This document shows, in pieces, positions 40,588 to 50,578 of a stretch of 64,000 bases of DNA. The DNA comes from an uncultured Verrucomicrobiae bacterium (lineage in GTDB: Bacteria > Verrucomicrobiota > Verrucomicrobiia > Chthoniobacterales > Chthoniobacteraceae). Position 1 is the first letter of the stretch, and every line of letters begins with the position of its first letter. The notes below the pieces were generated by a model. The model had not been told where the DNA came from and searched no databases. It saw only the letters and a program-made list of their open reading frames with translations. Made by a program: the position numbers and the translations under genes. Location: assembly GCA_963836755.1 (NCBI GenBank), contig CAWIKF010000002.1, positions 2,112,001-2,176,000 on the forward strand. Reading direction: 5' to 3'.

Positions 40588-40988
40588 GGCCGGGGCGGCG
40601 TGGCGGCGAGGACGACCGCGTAGCCTGCTTCGAGCGCCTGGTTCGTGACGTTCACGATCAGGTCGTAAGGCGTGGCGCGATCGGCGCGGACGATGATGGT
40701 GCGGTCCTTTGCGTGGAGCGCCTTCAAAGTTTTCGCCAGCTCATCGGGACGAAATTTTTGATCATGAAAATAAAGCGCGGGCTCCGGCCCGGGGACGATG
40801 CTGACGATCTGCGCGTTGCGCTGCGGCGCGAGTGTGAAGCTGGAAAACGGCAGCGTGACAGCGACGCCCGATTGTAAAACGAAGCGTGAGCTGAGCGCAA
40901 AAAAGATGACGACGAGAAAAAGGACGTTCACGAAAGGCGCGAGCGTGAAGAGCGCCGGATTGTGCTGCACCGTGCGGGCGAGCTTCAT
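40584..40988 (-). CDS. exbD: ExbD/TolR-family protein
   Basis: LAPFVNVLFLVVIFF, VTLP, IIVRADRATPY. Confidence 0.85.
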   Translation of the reverse strand: MKLARTVQHNPALFTLAPFVNVLFLVVIFFALSSRFVLQSGVAVTLPFSSFTLAPQRNAQIVSIVPGPEPALYFHDQKFRPDELAKTLKALHAKDRTIIVRADRATPYDLIVNVTNQALEAGYAVVLAATPPRP

Positions 40989-40991
40989 TCG

Positions 40992-41654
40992 CTATTCCGC
41001 GGCGCGGCGATGCGATGTGCCGAACTCGATGATCTCAGCGCCCGCGTCGCGTTTTTCGGTGATGAGGCGGACGATTTCAATGCCGCCGCGCTCGATGTCG
41101 TGCATGAGGGAATTGACGCGCGCGGAAAGATAGCTGTATGCGACAGAACTCGGAATTGCAACGACGAGGCCAGCCGCCGTCGTCAGCAAACTTTCATAAA
41201 TTCCGCTCGAAATATCGGTCGAGCTCGCGAGTCCGCTGTGGCTCGAGATCGTGACGAATGCCTCTATCAATCCGGTCACCGTGCCGAGCAGTCCGACGAG
41301 CGGCGTGACGAATGAAATCGTCGCGAGGATGTTCAAATTGCGCTCGAGATTTGGCACTTCGAGCTGGCCGGTTTCCTGCACGATTTCCTTGAGCTCCGCG
41401 CGCGGCGCGTTGTGGCGGATGATTGCTGCGTGGATCACACGGGCGACCGGGCCCGGCGTGCCAGCGCATTCGTGGAGCGCCTCGGCGAAGTTCCGACGCT
41501 GGATTAAATTCGAGAGTCCTCGCAAAAATTCGCCGACGCGGATCGTCGCGCGATGGAAATACGTGAGCCGCTCCGCGAATACTGCGACGGAAATGATGCT
41601 GCACAATAAAATGAGCCACATGAGCGGACCGCCCTTTTGCATGAAATCGAGCAT
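40992..41654 (-). CDS. exbB: MotA/TolQ/ExbB proton-channel protein
   Basis: GGPLMW, PLVGLLGTVTGLI.AF, GI.ESL.TTAAGL.VAIP. Confidence 0.9.
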   Translation of the reverse strand: MLDFMQKGGPLMWLILLCSIISVAVFAERLTYFHRATIRVGEFLRGLSNLIQRRNFAEALHECAGTPGPVARVIHAAIIRHNAPRAELKEIVQETGQLEVPNLERNLNILATISFVTPLVGLLGTVTGLIEAFVTISSHSGLASSTDISSGIYESLLTTAAGLVVAIPSSVAYSYLSARVNSLMHDIERGGIEIVRLITEKRDAGAEIIEFGTSHRRAAE

Positions 41655-41747
41655 CCTCGGTTTATAGGGCAACGCCCCGCTCAGCGCAAGGCGCCGCGCG
41701 TTTACAAACGTTGCTCGCGTTCCGTTGTGGACACGCGAGCCCTAGAT

Positions 41748-42536
41748 CTATTTGACGGGGTCGGCTATATCGAAGCCGCCAAAGTGAAACGGATGGCGCG
41801 GCGGCAGATTTTGGAAAATTTCATCCAGCGGGATCCAGACTTTGGCGTTTTCATCGTCAGCGTGCAGCTTGGCGCCGATGCGTGCGGGGAGCGCGGAAAT
41901 GAAATCGGTGAGCGAAATTTCAACATGACCGCTATCGAGATGAGGCTCGATCCATGCGAGCGGCAGACTCACTCGCGCATGCTCATCGGGCATTTCGGAA
42001 TTGCCAAGCACCTCGCTCGGCATGAGTCGAAATATGGCGCCAAGGTTCAAAGAAATGTTTTTCGGCAGCGACTCATCGGGCTTCGTCGCGGGCGTTGGCA
42101 GCGCGGCCGTTGGCGGCGCGGGTTCGTGACCATTCGCTTTAGTTTGAATTGGCTGCGAACCTTGCTGTGAAGCCGCTTCCGAGACATGAGCGCGCTGCGG
42201 CAACGGGTGCACTTCGATCTGCTCGACCAGTTTTTGCAGCGGAAGTGGAACCTCGATATTTTCCGCGAGATCGAGCTCGTCTCGGAAAATATCGGGACAA
42301 AGTTTCGTGATTTGCGAAAGCGAAACGGCGACGCGGCCGCGCTCGATTTCCTTGCAAAGTTCTTCCATCGGAAAATGGATTTCGCGACTCGAATCATGCG
42401 CGCCCGGCTTTAAAAATCGCGGGGGAATTCGCGGAAGAATGTCGCCGAGACGCAACGTGATTTCAGGCTGGGAGGAACCAGTGCCGGGCTCTCCCGACTC
42501 GCTGTGGCCATTCATTTTCGTCGAGTTTAACTCCAT
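41748..42536 (-). CDS. Hypothetical protein with a duplicated ~85-aa domain
   Basis: ITLRLGDILPRIP...GRVAVSLSQI...VPLPLQKL versus ISLNLGAIFRLMP...GHVEISLTDF...VWIPLDEI. Confidence 0.7.
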   Translation of the reverse strand: MELNSTKMNGHSESGEPGTGSSQPEITLRLGDILPRIPPRFLKPGAHDSSREIHFPMEELCKEIERGRVAVSLSQITKLCPDIFRDELDLAENIEVPLPLQKLVEQIEVHPLPQRAHVSEAASQQGSQPIQTKANGHEPAPPTAALPTPATKPDESLPKNISLNLGAIFRLMPSEVLGNSEMPDEHARVSLPLAWIEPHLDSGHVEISLTDFISALPARIGAKLHADDENAKVWIPLDEIFQNLPPRHPFHFGGFDIADPVK

Positions 42537-42554
42537 AAACTAAAAGCGCCAGTG

Positions 42555-44264
42555 CTAGTGGTCTTCGGCAGTCACGCGGCAGATTTCCTCCAGCGTCGTC
42601 ACGCCTTCTCGTGCTTTGTCGATGCCGACCATGCGCAGCGTGCGCATCCCTTCGGCGATTGCCTGATTTTTGATCACGGCGGCCGAAGCGCGCTTGATGA
42701 TGAGACGCCGGATCGCTTCGCTGACCGTTAACACTTCGAGAATGGCGACGCGACCGAGATAGCCGCGGCGCTTGCAGCGGTCGCAGCCCGCGCCGCGGAA
42801 AAAGACGGTGTCCGATGGATCGAGCCCCATTTTTTCCAGCATCTCCGCCTCGGGTTGAAACTCTTCGCGGCAGTTCGGGCAGACGCGCCGCACGAGCCGC
42901 TGCGCGCATGTCAGCAGGATCGAGGTAGAAATCAAAAACGGCTCGATACCCATGTCGTCGAGACGCGTGATGGCGCCCGCGGCGTCGTTTGTGTGCAAAG
43001 TCGAGAGCACCTGGTGGCCGGTGAGCGCGGCCTTCACCGCGATGTCCGCCGTTTCGTTGTCGCGAATTTCACCGATCATCACGATGTCCGGATCCTGGCG
43101 CAAAATCGAGCGAAGCGCGCCGGCGAAATCGAGGCCGATGTCGCTCTTGACCGCGACCTGGTTCACGCCCGCGAGCTGATATTCGATCGGGTCTTCGACG
43201 GTGACAATGTTGTAGTCCGGGTTGTTTAACTCCTGAAGCACAGTGTAAAGCGTCGTGGTTTTGCCCGAGCCTGTGGGGCCGGTCACCAGAATCATCCCGT
43301 GCGGTGCGTCGATCGCGCGCTTGAATTGCGTCAAAGTTGACTCATCCATGCCGAGCTGTTCAATCGAGCCGGAGAGCGCGCTTTTATCTAAAAGACGGAT
43401 GACGATTTTCTCGCCGTGCACTGTCGGCAGCACGGAAATACGCAAGTCCACTTCCTTGCCCGAAACGCGAATGCGGAATCGGCCGTCCTGCGGGAGTCGC
43501 CGCTCCGCGATGTCCAGTCCGGCCAAAATTTTGATGCGCGACGCGATCGGGAGCTGCAGCGATTTCGGCGGCGAGCTGGCCTCGATGAGCGCGCCGTCCA
43601 CACGGTAACGCAGCTTCAGCGATTTCTCGAACGGCTCGATGTGGATGTCGCTTGCCTTCTCTTTCAAAGCCTGCACGAGGATCAGATTGACGATCTTGAT
43701 GACGGGCGCGTCCTCGCTTTGATGCGCGAGGCGGTCGAGATCGATGTCCTCGCGTTTTTGCTGAACGATCTCGGTGTCGGTGGTCGCCGTCGCGGCTTCC
43801 TTCAACATGGTTTCCATCGCCTGACCGGCGGAATTGACACCGCTGAGCGCTTCCATCACCGAGCGCTCGGTCGTGATCATCGGCACGATCTCGAGCTTCG
43901 TGCGCTGACGCAGATCGTCGAGCGCGAGCACGTTGAGCGGATCGGCCATCGCTACGAAAAGTTTGCTGCCGAGTCGGCAGATCGGCGCGAGTTTATAAGC
44001 GCGCGCCATTTCCTTCGGCACGAGATCGAGCACTTCTTCCGGCACGCGAACTTTGGATAAATTGATCGGCGCAGTATCGAGGCAGCGGCCCATGGAAATC
44101 ACCATGTCCTGCTCGGTGACGAAGTTGCGGTCCGTTAACAGTTTGAGTAAACGGCCGCCCTGCTTTTTCTGGATCTCCATCACTTCCTCGAGCTGCGCGG
44201 GCAGCAGCAGGCCGTCCTCGATCAGGACATCTGCGATGCGTTCTCCGAAAGATTTAATGCTCAT
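42555..44264 (-). CDS. pilB: PilB/GspE-type assembly ATPase
   Basis: ASDIHIEP, RLPQDGR, GPTGSGKTT, TVEDPIE, LRQDPD..MIGEIRD, TGH..LSTLHTN, CPNC/CDRC. Confidence 0.9.
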   Translation of the reverse strand: MSIKSFGERIADVLIEDGLLLPAQLEEVMEIQKKQGGRLLKLLTDRNFVTEQDMVISMGRCLDTAPINLSKVRVPEEVLDLVPKEMARAYKLAPICRLGSKLFVAMADPLNVLALDDLRQRTKLEIVPMITTERSVMEALSGVNSAGQAMETMLKEAATATTDTEIVQQKREDIDLDRLAHQSEDAPVIKIVNLILVQALKEKASDIHIEPFEKSLKLRYRVDGALIEASSPPKSLQLPIASRIKILAGLDIAERRLPQDGRFRIRVSGKEVDLRISVLPTVHGEKIVIRLLDKSALSGSIEQLGMDESTLTQFKRAIDAPHGMILVTGPTGSGKTTTLYTVLQELNNPDYNIVTVEDPIEYQLAGVNQVAVKSDIGLDFAGALRSILRQDPDIVMIGEIRDNETADIAVKAALTGHQVLSTLHTNDAAGAITRLDDMGIEPFLISTSILLTCAQRLVRRVCPNCREEFQPEAEMLEKMGLDPSDTVFFRGAGCDRCKRRGYLGRVAILEVLTVSEAIRRLIIKRASAAVIKNQAIAEGMRTLRMVGIDKAREGVTTLEEICRVTAEDH

Positions 44265-44281
44265 AAAAAAAGTCCGGCAGA

Positions 44282-45226
44282 TCAGTCACGCGAATCGAGC
44301 CGATACGTATCGCGCAAAACTTTCGCGATCGCGCCCGGCGCCGCCACGTGCCATTGAATGTTGTAGTCGAGCAGCTGCTGGACCGCTTCCTTGCCTTGCG
44401 CGTCAAACGGATTTGCCATCGCCACCATCATCGTCCGGCTCACGAGATCGAACGGCACGATCAGTCGCCCAAGCGTCAAAGTTTCTGGCAAAGTCTTCAC
44501 GATCTGCCGGTCGACGTCGTAGCAATCGAGCGGGATGAAAGCGAACTTCGATCTGTCTAAAATTCCGCAAAGCAGCGGCTCAAGTTGCACGACATCCATG
44601 CGGCTGATTTCGTCGATGAGCGACGCCGCCAGCGCCTGCCCGCCGGTGCTCTTGTTGATCTTGTTCACTCGCTCCAACGCCGCCATCACCACATCTTCCG
44701 GCGCGAGCTTGTGCTGGATTAAAAATTTCGCCAGCGGCTCATTGCCATCGCTCTCGAGCTTGATCTGCACGCCGCTCACGTCCGACTTCACCGTCGAGTT
44801 CGTCGTGATCAAAGTCGGGTCATCCGCAACCACCGAATTGAAATCCACCGAGATCGCCGATGCCGCCGTTTCGCCAGTCGATGGCGCCGGACCTTGCAGC
44901 TTCAATTCCACTTCGCCCAACATTGCCACCACATCCGCGGCCTCCGGATCCTTCTGCAGAATTCCCTCATACTCGAGCAGCGCCGAAGCGTATTGGCCGA
45001 GCGAATAATACGTGTCCGCGAGCTGCCGCGTGATATTCAGCGCATCTTTCTGGCGTCCCACTTTCCAATACGCCTCCTTCAAAATATCCATCGAGCCAGT
45101 GTCCTGCTTGTTCGCTTGCAGGATCACCTCGAACATCTGGATTGTCTGGAGAATCTGCTCGAGATCCTCGTTGGAAACGGATGGCGCGATGGTCATTTTA
45201 GTCTCCACTTCCTTAGCTAAAACCAT
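44282..45226 (-). CDS. TPR plus GspE/PilB N-terminal (MshEN-like) domain protein
   Basis: N-terminal TPR-like helices (LADTYYSLGQYASALLEYE); C-terminal IVPFD...MMVAMANPFD resembles the PilB N-domain. Confidence 0.7.
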   Translation of the reverse strand: MVLAKEVETKMTIAPSVSNEDLEQILQTIQMFEVILQANKQDTGSMDILKEAYWKVGRQKDALNITRQLADTYYSLGQYASALLEYEGILQKDPEAADVVAMLGEVELKLQGPAPSTGETAASAISVDFNSVVADDPTLITTNSTVKSDVSGVQIKLESDGNEPLAKFLIQHKLAPEDVVMAALERVNKINKSTGGQALAASLIDEISRMDVVQLEPLLCGILDRSKFAFIPLDCYDVDRQIVKTLPETLTLGRLIVPFDLVSRTMMVAMANPFDAQGKEAVQQLLDYNIQWHVAAPGAIAKVLRDTYRLDSRD

Positions 45227-45331
45227 GCCTCGCTCACCTTTCTCGACATATTTGAGAAAATTCCCCGGCTCACTCCTCCTCTCAAAAGCTTAAAACATGC
45301 GACGCATGCTCAAAATCAACTCAGCGCGAAT

Positions 45332-47278
45332 TCAAGATTCCGGCAGCAACTTGTAAATCCACATTTGGTTCTGCGGCAGGGCCGCGAGCAATTCCAGTCC
45401 CTGCACGGCTGGATCGGCAAGCAGCCGGCCGAAGACGAAGTAACGGATGCCCGCCGCGCGCAACGCCGGGTTTGCCGGATGAACAACGACGACGTGTGCT
45501 GGAAAACCGAGATAACGGACGTCAAAGACAGTGCGGTCACGCGGCATGAAAAAGCAGGAAAAGGCGTAACGGTTGTAGATCGCTGCGCAGCGGCCGGCGG
45601 GATCGAGCCTGCGGTAAAATGCGAGGTCAGGGACAACTTTGACGCCAGTGACAACGCCCGCGCCCATCGCCATCAGAAACTCAGAAAAAACATTGTTTTC
45701 ATAGACCGCCCATTTTCCGTTGGGATCGCTGCGAATGATCTTTTCGACGGCGGCGGCGGGCGTGGCCTGAAGCAAAGGCGCAAGGCCAGTCATGACAGGA
45801 TTGATGAATGCGGTGTCGGCTGCGAGGAAGGCGACGAAGCCAATTTGAAAAAAACGCGCGGGCAAATTCAAAAAAGCGATGAGGAGAGCGAGGTTGATCG
45901 CGAGCAGGAGGACGATGCGCGACTGGGTGAGGAATTTCGGATTGGCGGGTGCGGAGGCGCTTAGATAAAGGAACACGAGGCTGCCGAGGAGTGCGATGAG
46001 AATGAGGAGTGTGCGGGCTTTGAGCGCCGAGAGTTCTTTTTTTAAGAGCGGAAAAGTGATGGTGACGAAGAGGATTCCAGCAACGCCAATCCCGAGGAGC
46101 ATCCGCACTTCAGTGCAAAAACCGAGCAGCGTGGCGCTGCAAAACCACGGCGGCAGCGGGCAAAGCGCGTAGAGTTGAAAAAGCGCGATGAGCGCGAGCA
46201 GGGCAAGTGCGACAGCGTGACGGCGTGGCGCGGCGAAGAGGGCGCGCGCGGTGATGAGGCAGGCGGGAATCCAGAGCGGGAGAAAGTTTGCGGCTTCGTT
46301 GGCCTGGCCGAAGCGGTCGGGAAAGCGGGTCTCGGAGTTGAAGAAGTCAATCAGACCGGAAAAAAGTTGCGTCCACGCGAGCCCGCCGCCGTTTGTGCGC
46401 CGCTGGCCGGGATAGCTGGTGGCGGCGATGATTTCGAAGGTCTGGCGGCATTCAATGAGGAAAGGAATGAGGAGCGCGGCGATGACGAGCAGCGCTGCGC
46501 CGAGCCACGCCGCGCCGAGCAAAGTGTCGCGCCGGGAGCCGGAGCGGTGCTGGATGAAAAACGCGCCGAAGATGCCGAGGCCGAGATAGAGGAGCGGGAT
46601 TTGAAACGGCGGATAAAGGCAGAGGATGAAGTCGAGTGCAGCAACGATGAAAACGGCGATCGCACCTGCGCGCACCGTCCAGCGCGCAGTGCGGACGATT
46701 TTTACGGCGGCAACGAGCGCGAGCGCCCAGCACGCGAGCATCTCCGGCAACATCGGCGGACACGAAAACCACCATTGCACATAGTGCGAAAAAAAGAGCC
46801 AGAGACTGCCGAAAAGGCTGAGCGAGAAGCTGCCGGTGAGCATTCGCAGCAAAAGAAAAATCGCAGCGATCAAGCCGAAGATTTTCGCGTTCCAATACCA
46901 GGCGTAGCCGCGCTCGACGTCGAAGATGAAAAAACCCCAGAGCTGCGGGCGAAAGCACATCGTGTAGTCGCGCACTGGGAGGTTGTAAATCAGCGGCGTG
47001 CGACCAGCGCCGAGCGAACTGTTTTCAGCAGGAAAGTCGAGTCGCGCCTGCGAGAGGAGCGCTGGCGTCCAGACTTCCCACTCGTCAGAGCGGACGTCCT
47101 TCGGCGTAGAAAGAAGGAGGCCGCCGGACGGGCCGCTATCTTTCAAATAACTTTTCCAAATGAAGACCGACGAGCCGTTAAGACGAAACACGACGCCCGC
47201 GAAAAAGAGCGCGGCGCACACGAGCAGAAACCATTTGTCCCGGGAAAGTCCGCAGGCCGCGAACCACTGATTCACCAT
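45332..47278 (-). CDS. Polytopic membrane protein, probable GT-C-fold glycosyltransferase
   Basis: Many TM segments with periplasmic RSDEW..WTP and YPPFQIP, T.YPGQR motifs. Confidence 0.6.
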   Translation of the reverse strand: MVNQWFAACGLSRDKWFLLVCAALFFAGVVFRLNGSSVFIWKSYLKDSGPSGGLLLSTPKDVRSDEWEVWTPALLSQARLDFPAENSSLGAGRTPLIYNLPVRDYTMCFRPQLWGFFIFDVERGYAWYWNAKIFGLIAAIFLLLRMLTGSFSLSLFGSLWLFFSHYVQWWFSCPPMLPEMLACWALALVAAVKIVRTARWTVRAGAIAVFIVAALDFILCLYPPFQIPLLYLGLGIFGAFFIQHRSGSRRDTLLGAAWLGAALLVIAALLIPFLIECRQTFEIIAATSYPGQRRTNGGGLAWTQLFSGLIDFFNSETRFPDRFGQANEAANFLPLWIPACLITARALFAAPRRHAVALALLALIALFQLYALCPLPPWFCSATLLGFCTEVRMLLGIGVAGILFVTITFPLLKKELSALKARTLLILIALLGSLVFLYLSASAPANPKFLTQSRIVLLLAINLALLIAFLNLPARFFQIGFVAFLAADTAFINPVMTGLAPLLQATPAAAVEKIIRSDPNGKWAVYENNVFSEFLMAMGAGVVTGVKVVPDLAFYRRLDPAGRCAAIYNRYAFSCFFMPRDRTVFDVRYLGFPAHVVVVHPANPALRAAGIRYFVFGRLLADPAVQGLELLAALPQNQMWIYKLLPES

Positions 47279-47319
47279 CAGCCTTCCATCTTTTGCGCGA
47301 CGGAGAGAACCTCCGGCCT

Positions 47320-47802
47320 TTAAAACGGAATGTCGTCTTCGGCAGCGTCCAGGTCGGGATCGACCGCTGTTTTGGGTGGAGACTTTGGCGCGCTTTTTTG
47401 GAAACTTTTTCCACCGCCACCACCGCTGCCTTCGTCACTGAAGCCACCGCCGCTGCCGCCACCACCATCGCGCGAGCCGAGGAATTGCATCCCCTCGGCG
47501 ACGACTCGGAGTTTGCTCCGCTTCGCGCCGGATTGCTTGTCATCCCACGTATCGAGCTGGAGCCGACCTTCGATGAAAACCGGCCGGCCTTTTTTCAAAT
47601 ATTCGCCCGCGATTTCAGCCTGCCGACCCCAAAGCGTGACGTCGACGAAAGTGACTTCCTCGCGCTTCTCGCCATTTTCAGCGGTGAAGTTGCGGTTGAT
47701 GGCCATGCCAATCTCGCACACGGCCGTCCCCTTGGGCGTGTAGCGGATTTCGGGGTCTCGCGTGAGGTTCCCCATCAACATGACTTTGTTTAGATTAGCC
47801 AT
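47320..47802 (-). CDS. ssb: Single-stranded DNA-binding protein
   Basis: NKVMLMGNLTRDPE and C-terminal DDIPF. Confidence 0.97.
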   Translation of the reverse strand: MANLNKVMLMGNLTRDPEIRYTPKGTAVCEIGMAINRNFTAENGEKREEVTFVDVTLWGRQAEIAGEYLKKGRPVFIEGRLQLDTWDDKQSGAKRSKLRVVAEGMQFLGSRDGGGGSGGGFSDEGSGGGGGKSFQKSAPKSPPKTAVDPDLDAAEDDIPF

Positions 47803-47811
47803 GCGGCGAGC

Positions 47812-48162
47812 CTAGTGAGCCTGCGCTTTCTTCGCATTCTTTTCTTTCGCCGGCTTCTCCTTGCGCGGTTTTGTGCGGATCAATTTCTGGTAGTGCTGGC
47901 GGTAAACTTCAGCATCGAGTTTGAATTTTGCGCGCAGTTTATCGATGAGCTGCGGCTCGGCCTCGAAGATGAAATTGACGTAAAAGCCCGAGTCGAGCGG
48001 TCCGGCAACGTATGTAAACCGTCGTTTATCCATCCGTTGAACCTGCTGGATCTTGGCGCCTTCTTTTTTGAACTCACCCTCGAGGCGTTCGATGATGTCG
48101 TTGGCGCTCTCTTCGGTGCCTTTGGTGTTGAGGACGAGAAGTCCTTCGTAGCGATTGGTCAT
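47812..48162 (-). CDS. rpsF: 30S ribosomal protein S6
   Basis: RYEGLLVL..., G.Y..F; canonical position upstream of ssb. Confidence 0.9.
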   Translation of the reverse strand: MTNRYEGLLVLNTKGTEESANDIIERLEGEFKKEGAKIQQVQRMDKRRFTYVAGPLDSGFYVNFIFEAEPQLIDKLRAKFKLDAEVYRQHYQKLIRTKPRKEKPAKEKNAKKAQAH

Positions 48163-48178
48163 TTGTCGGTTGTGTTAT

Positions 48179-48748
48179 TTAGTTAAAACGATTGCGTGCG
48201 GCGTCGATTCCATGCTGCTGCGCAAAGTCGATCGCATCGGCCGCGCGTGCGAGACTTTCCTCGAGCGTCTCCGTTTCCTCGCCGCTGAAACGGCCGAGCA
48301 CGTGATGGACGAGCGTGCGCCCTTCCGCCGCGCCGATGCCGACGCGAAGGCGAGGAACTTCCTCGGTGCCGAGATGATCGAGGATCGATTGCAGGCCATT
48401 GTGCCCGCCGGCAGAACCGCCGGGACGAAGGCGCAACTTTCCGAGCGGCAGCGCGACGTCGTCGAGAACGATGAGCGTTTCGCGCGGCCCGATTTTGTAA
48501 AAGCGGCTCAGTTCCGCGACGGGCTGGCCGCTCTGATTCATGTAGCTAAGCGGCTTGCAGAGCGTCACGCCCGCGCGCGCGGCGATGTCCGCGTCCCATT
48601 TGGACTCGTGGCGAAATGGAATTGCGGCGCGCTGTGCGAGGCGGTCGAGAATCATGAAGCCGACGTTGTGGCGCGTCTGCCCATACTCGCGGCCCGGATT
48701 TCCGAGACCGACGATGAGGCGAAAGAGCGGCGCTGTTTCTGCATCCAC
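48179..48748 (-). CDS. pth: Peptidyl-tRNA hydrolase
   Basis: LIVGLGNPG..Y..TRHNVGF, KPLSYMNQSG, GGHNGL. Confidence 0.96.
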   Translation of the reverse strand: MDAETAPLFRLIVGLGNPGREYGQTRHNVGFMILDRLAQRAAIPFRHESKWDADIAARAGVTLCKPLSYMNQSGQPVAELSRFYKIGPRETLIVLDDVALPLGKLRLRPGGSAGGHNGLQSILDHLGTEEVPRLRVGIGAAEGRTLVHHVLGRFSGEETETLEESLARAADAIDFAQQHGIDAARNRFN

Positions 48749-48787
48749 ACGGCGTTAAAGTTTGTTGTCGCGGCCGGAAAGGCGCGC

Positions 48788-49459
48788 CTACTTTTTCTCC
48801 TTTTCGTCGGCAGCCGGTTCTTCCTTTTTCTCCTTGATGACTTCCGGTTGGGCAGGAGTCTCGGAAGCCGCGGCGGGCTCTTCCTCGACCTTCGGCTCCG
48901 CACAGAGGAAAACCGTCAGATCCGCATCGTCGAGCGCGACGACGCCATCCGGAAGCTGGATGTGCTTCACGTGAATCGAGTCGCCGATGTTCAGCCCTGA
49001 GACATTGATCCGGATGATTTCCGGCAAATCGCCGGGCAAGCATTCGATCTCGAGCGAGCGCAGACTTTGCTCGAGAATGCCGCCAAAGTTTTTGACGCCG
49101 CTCGCCTCGCCCGTCGGCTCGATCGGGATTGAGGCCGTCAGCTTTTCGTTCATATTCACCGCGTGAAAATCGACGTGCAGCACATCGCCACTGAGCGGCG
49201 CGTGCTGGACTTCCTGGATCAATGCCATGCGTGTCGCCTTTGAGCCTGCGTTGTCGATTTCGAGTTCCACCAGAAAGTTTTCACCGACTGCGTGGCTGAG
49301 CAGCGCTTTGATGTCGCGAGCGGCGACCTGCAACGGCTGCGCCTCGGTTTTACCGCCATAGATCACGGCGGGGACGATCCCTTTTTTCTTGAGGTGATTG
49401 ACCGCGGAGCGGCCGACGCCAGGACGAACCTGCGCGCTGAGTTTAACTTGTTTTGCCAT
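48788..49459 (-). CDS. rplY: 50S ribosomal protein L25/Ctc
   Basis: VPAVIYG, QHAP...LHVDF, GVKNFGG, GDSIHV. Confidence 0.95.
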   Translation of the reverse strand: MAKQVKLSAQVRPGVGRSAVNHLKKKGIVPAVIYGGKTEAQPLQVAARDIKALLSHAVGENFLVELEIDNAGSKATRMALIQEVQHAPLSGDVLHVDFHAVNMNEKLTASIPIEPTGEASGVKNFGGILEQSLRSLEIECLPGDLPEIIRINVSGLNIGDSIHVKHIQLPDGVVALDDADLTVFLCAEPKVEEEPAAASETPAQPEVIKEKKEEPAADEKEKK

Positions 49460-49489
49460 ATATATTAGGTGGCCGGATTTTGCCGGCCG

Positions 49490-50449
49490 TCATTTCGAAC
49501 CGTTGATCTCGAACAGCGAGCTCACCGATTCATCGTTGTGGATGCGCTTGATTCCTTCGCCGAGCAACTCCGCAATGCAGAGCACATGCATGCGGCACAT
49601 GTCGCTCGAGCGGACGGGGACGCTGTTCGTCGTCACCAGTTCTTCAATTTCTGAACCTTTCAGCCGTTCGATCGCCAAGTCCGACAGCACCGCGTGCGAG
49701 ACGCCGGCGTAGATTTTGAGCGCGCCATGTTGTTTAAGGATGTTTGCCGCGCTTGTCAAGGTGCCCGCCGTTTCCGTGAGGTCATCGACAATAACGACAT
49801 TTTTGTTTTCGACCTCGCCGATGATGTAAAGCGACTTCGTTTCCGTGGCGCTGTCGCGGCGTTTCGCGACGATCGCGAGCGGCGCGGCGAGCGCCTGTGA
49901 ATATGCCGCCGCCATTTTCAAACCGCCGACATCGGGCGAGACGACCACGAGATCCTGAATGTTTTTCGAGCGCCAATATTTGATCAGCACCGGCAGCGCG
50001 TAAAGATGATCGACCGGGATGTCGAAAAATCCCGCGACCTGCTGCGCGTGCAGATCGACCGTGAGCACGCGATTCACGCCCGCAGCGACGAGGAGATTCG
50101 CGATCAACTTTGCCGTGATCGGCACCCGCGGCTGATCCTTTCGATCCTGGCGCGCGTAGCCAAAAAAAGGAATCACCGCCGTGATCCGCGACGCACTCGC
50201 GCGCCGCGCCGCGTCGGTCAAAATCAGCAGCTCCATCAAATTCTGGTTCGACGGCGGACACGTCGGCTGCACGATGAAAACGTCGCGACCGCGCACGTTC
50301 TCGTTGATTTTTACAAAAGTTTCACCGTCCGGAAAGGAGCTCACCGTCGCGTCGCCGAGCGGCACGCCGACGAATTTCGCGATCTGCTCAGCGAGCGCGG
50401 GATGCGCGGAGCCAGAGAAAATTTTCAATTCTGAATAGGAACGGTGCAT
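49490..50449 (-). CDS. prs: Ribose-phosphate pyrophosphokinase
   Basis: FPDGE, YARQDRK, DLHA.Q..GFF, VVSPDVGG, VDD..ETAGT. Confidence 0.97.
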   Translation of the reverse strand: MHRSYSELKIFSGSAHPALAEQIAKFVGVPLGDATVSSFPDGETFVKINENVRGRDVFIVQPTCPPSNQNLMELLILTDAARRASASRITAVIPFFGYARQDRKDQPRVPITAKLIANLLVAAGVNRVLTVDLHAQQVAGFFDIPVDHLYALPVLIKYWRSKNIQDLVVVSPDVGGLKMAAAYSQALAAPLAIVAKRRDSATETKSLYIIGEVENKNVVIVDDLTETAGTLTSAANILKQHGALKIYAGVSHAVLSDLAIERLKGSEIEELVTTNSVPVRSSDMCRMHVLCIAELLGEGIKRIHNDESVSSLFEINGSK

Positions 50450-50578
50450 CGTGCCGCGCGAAACGGGAGGGCGACTTTAGTGCGCTCGGGTCGGATATCA
50501 ACCGCAAAAGCGCGACGTTCGCATGCGCCCCCATTTACGCTCGACTTCACGCGCGGCGAAGCGGATGAAATTTTGCTG

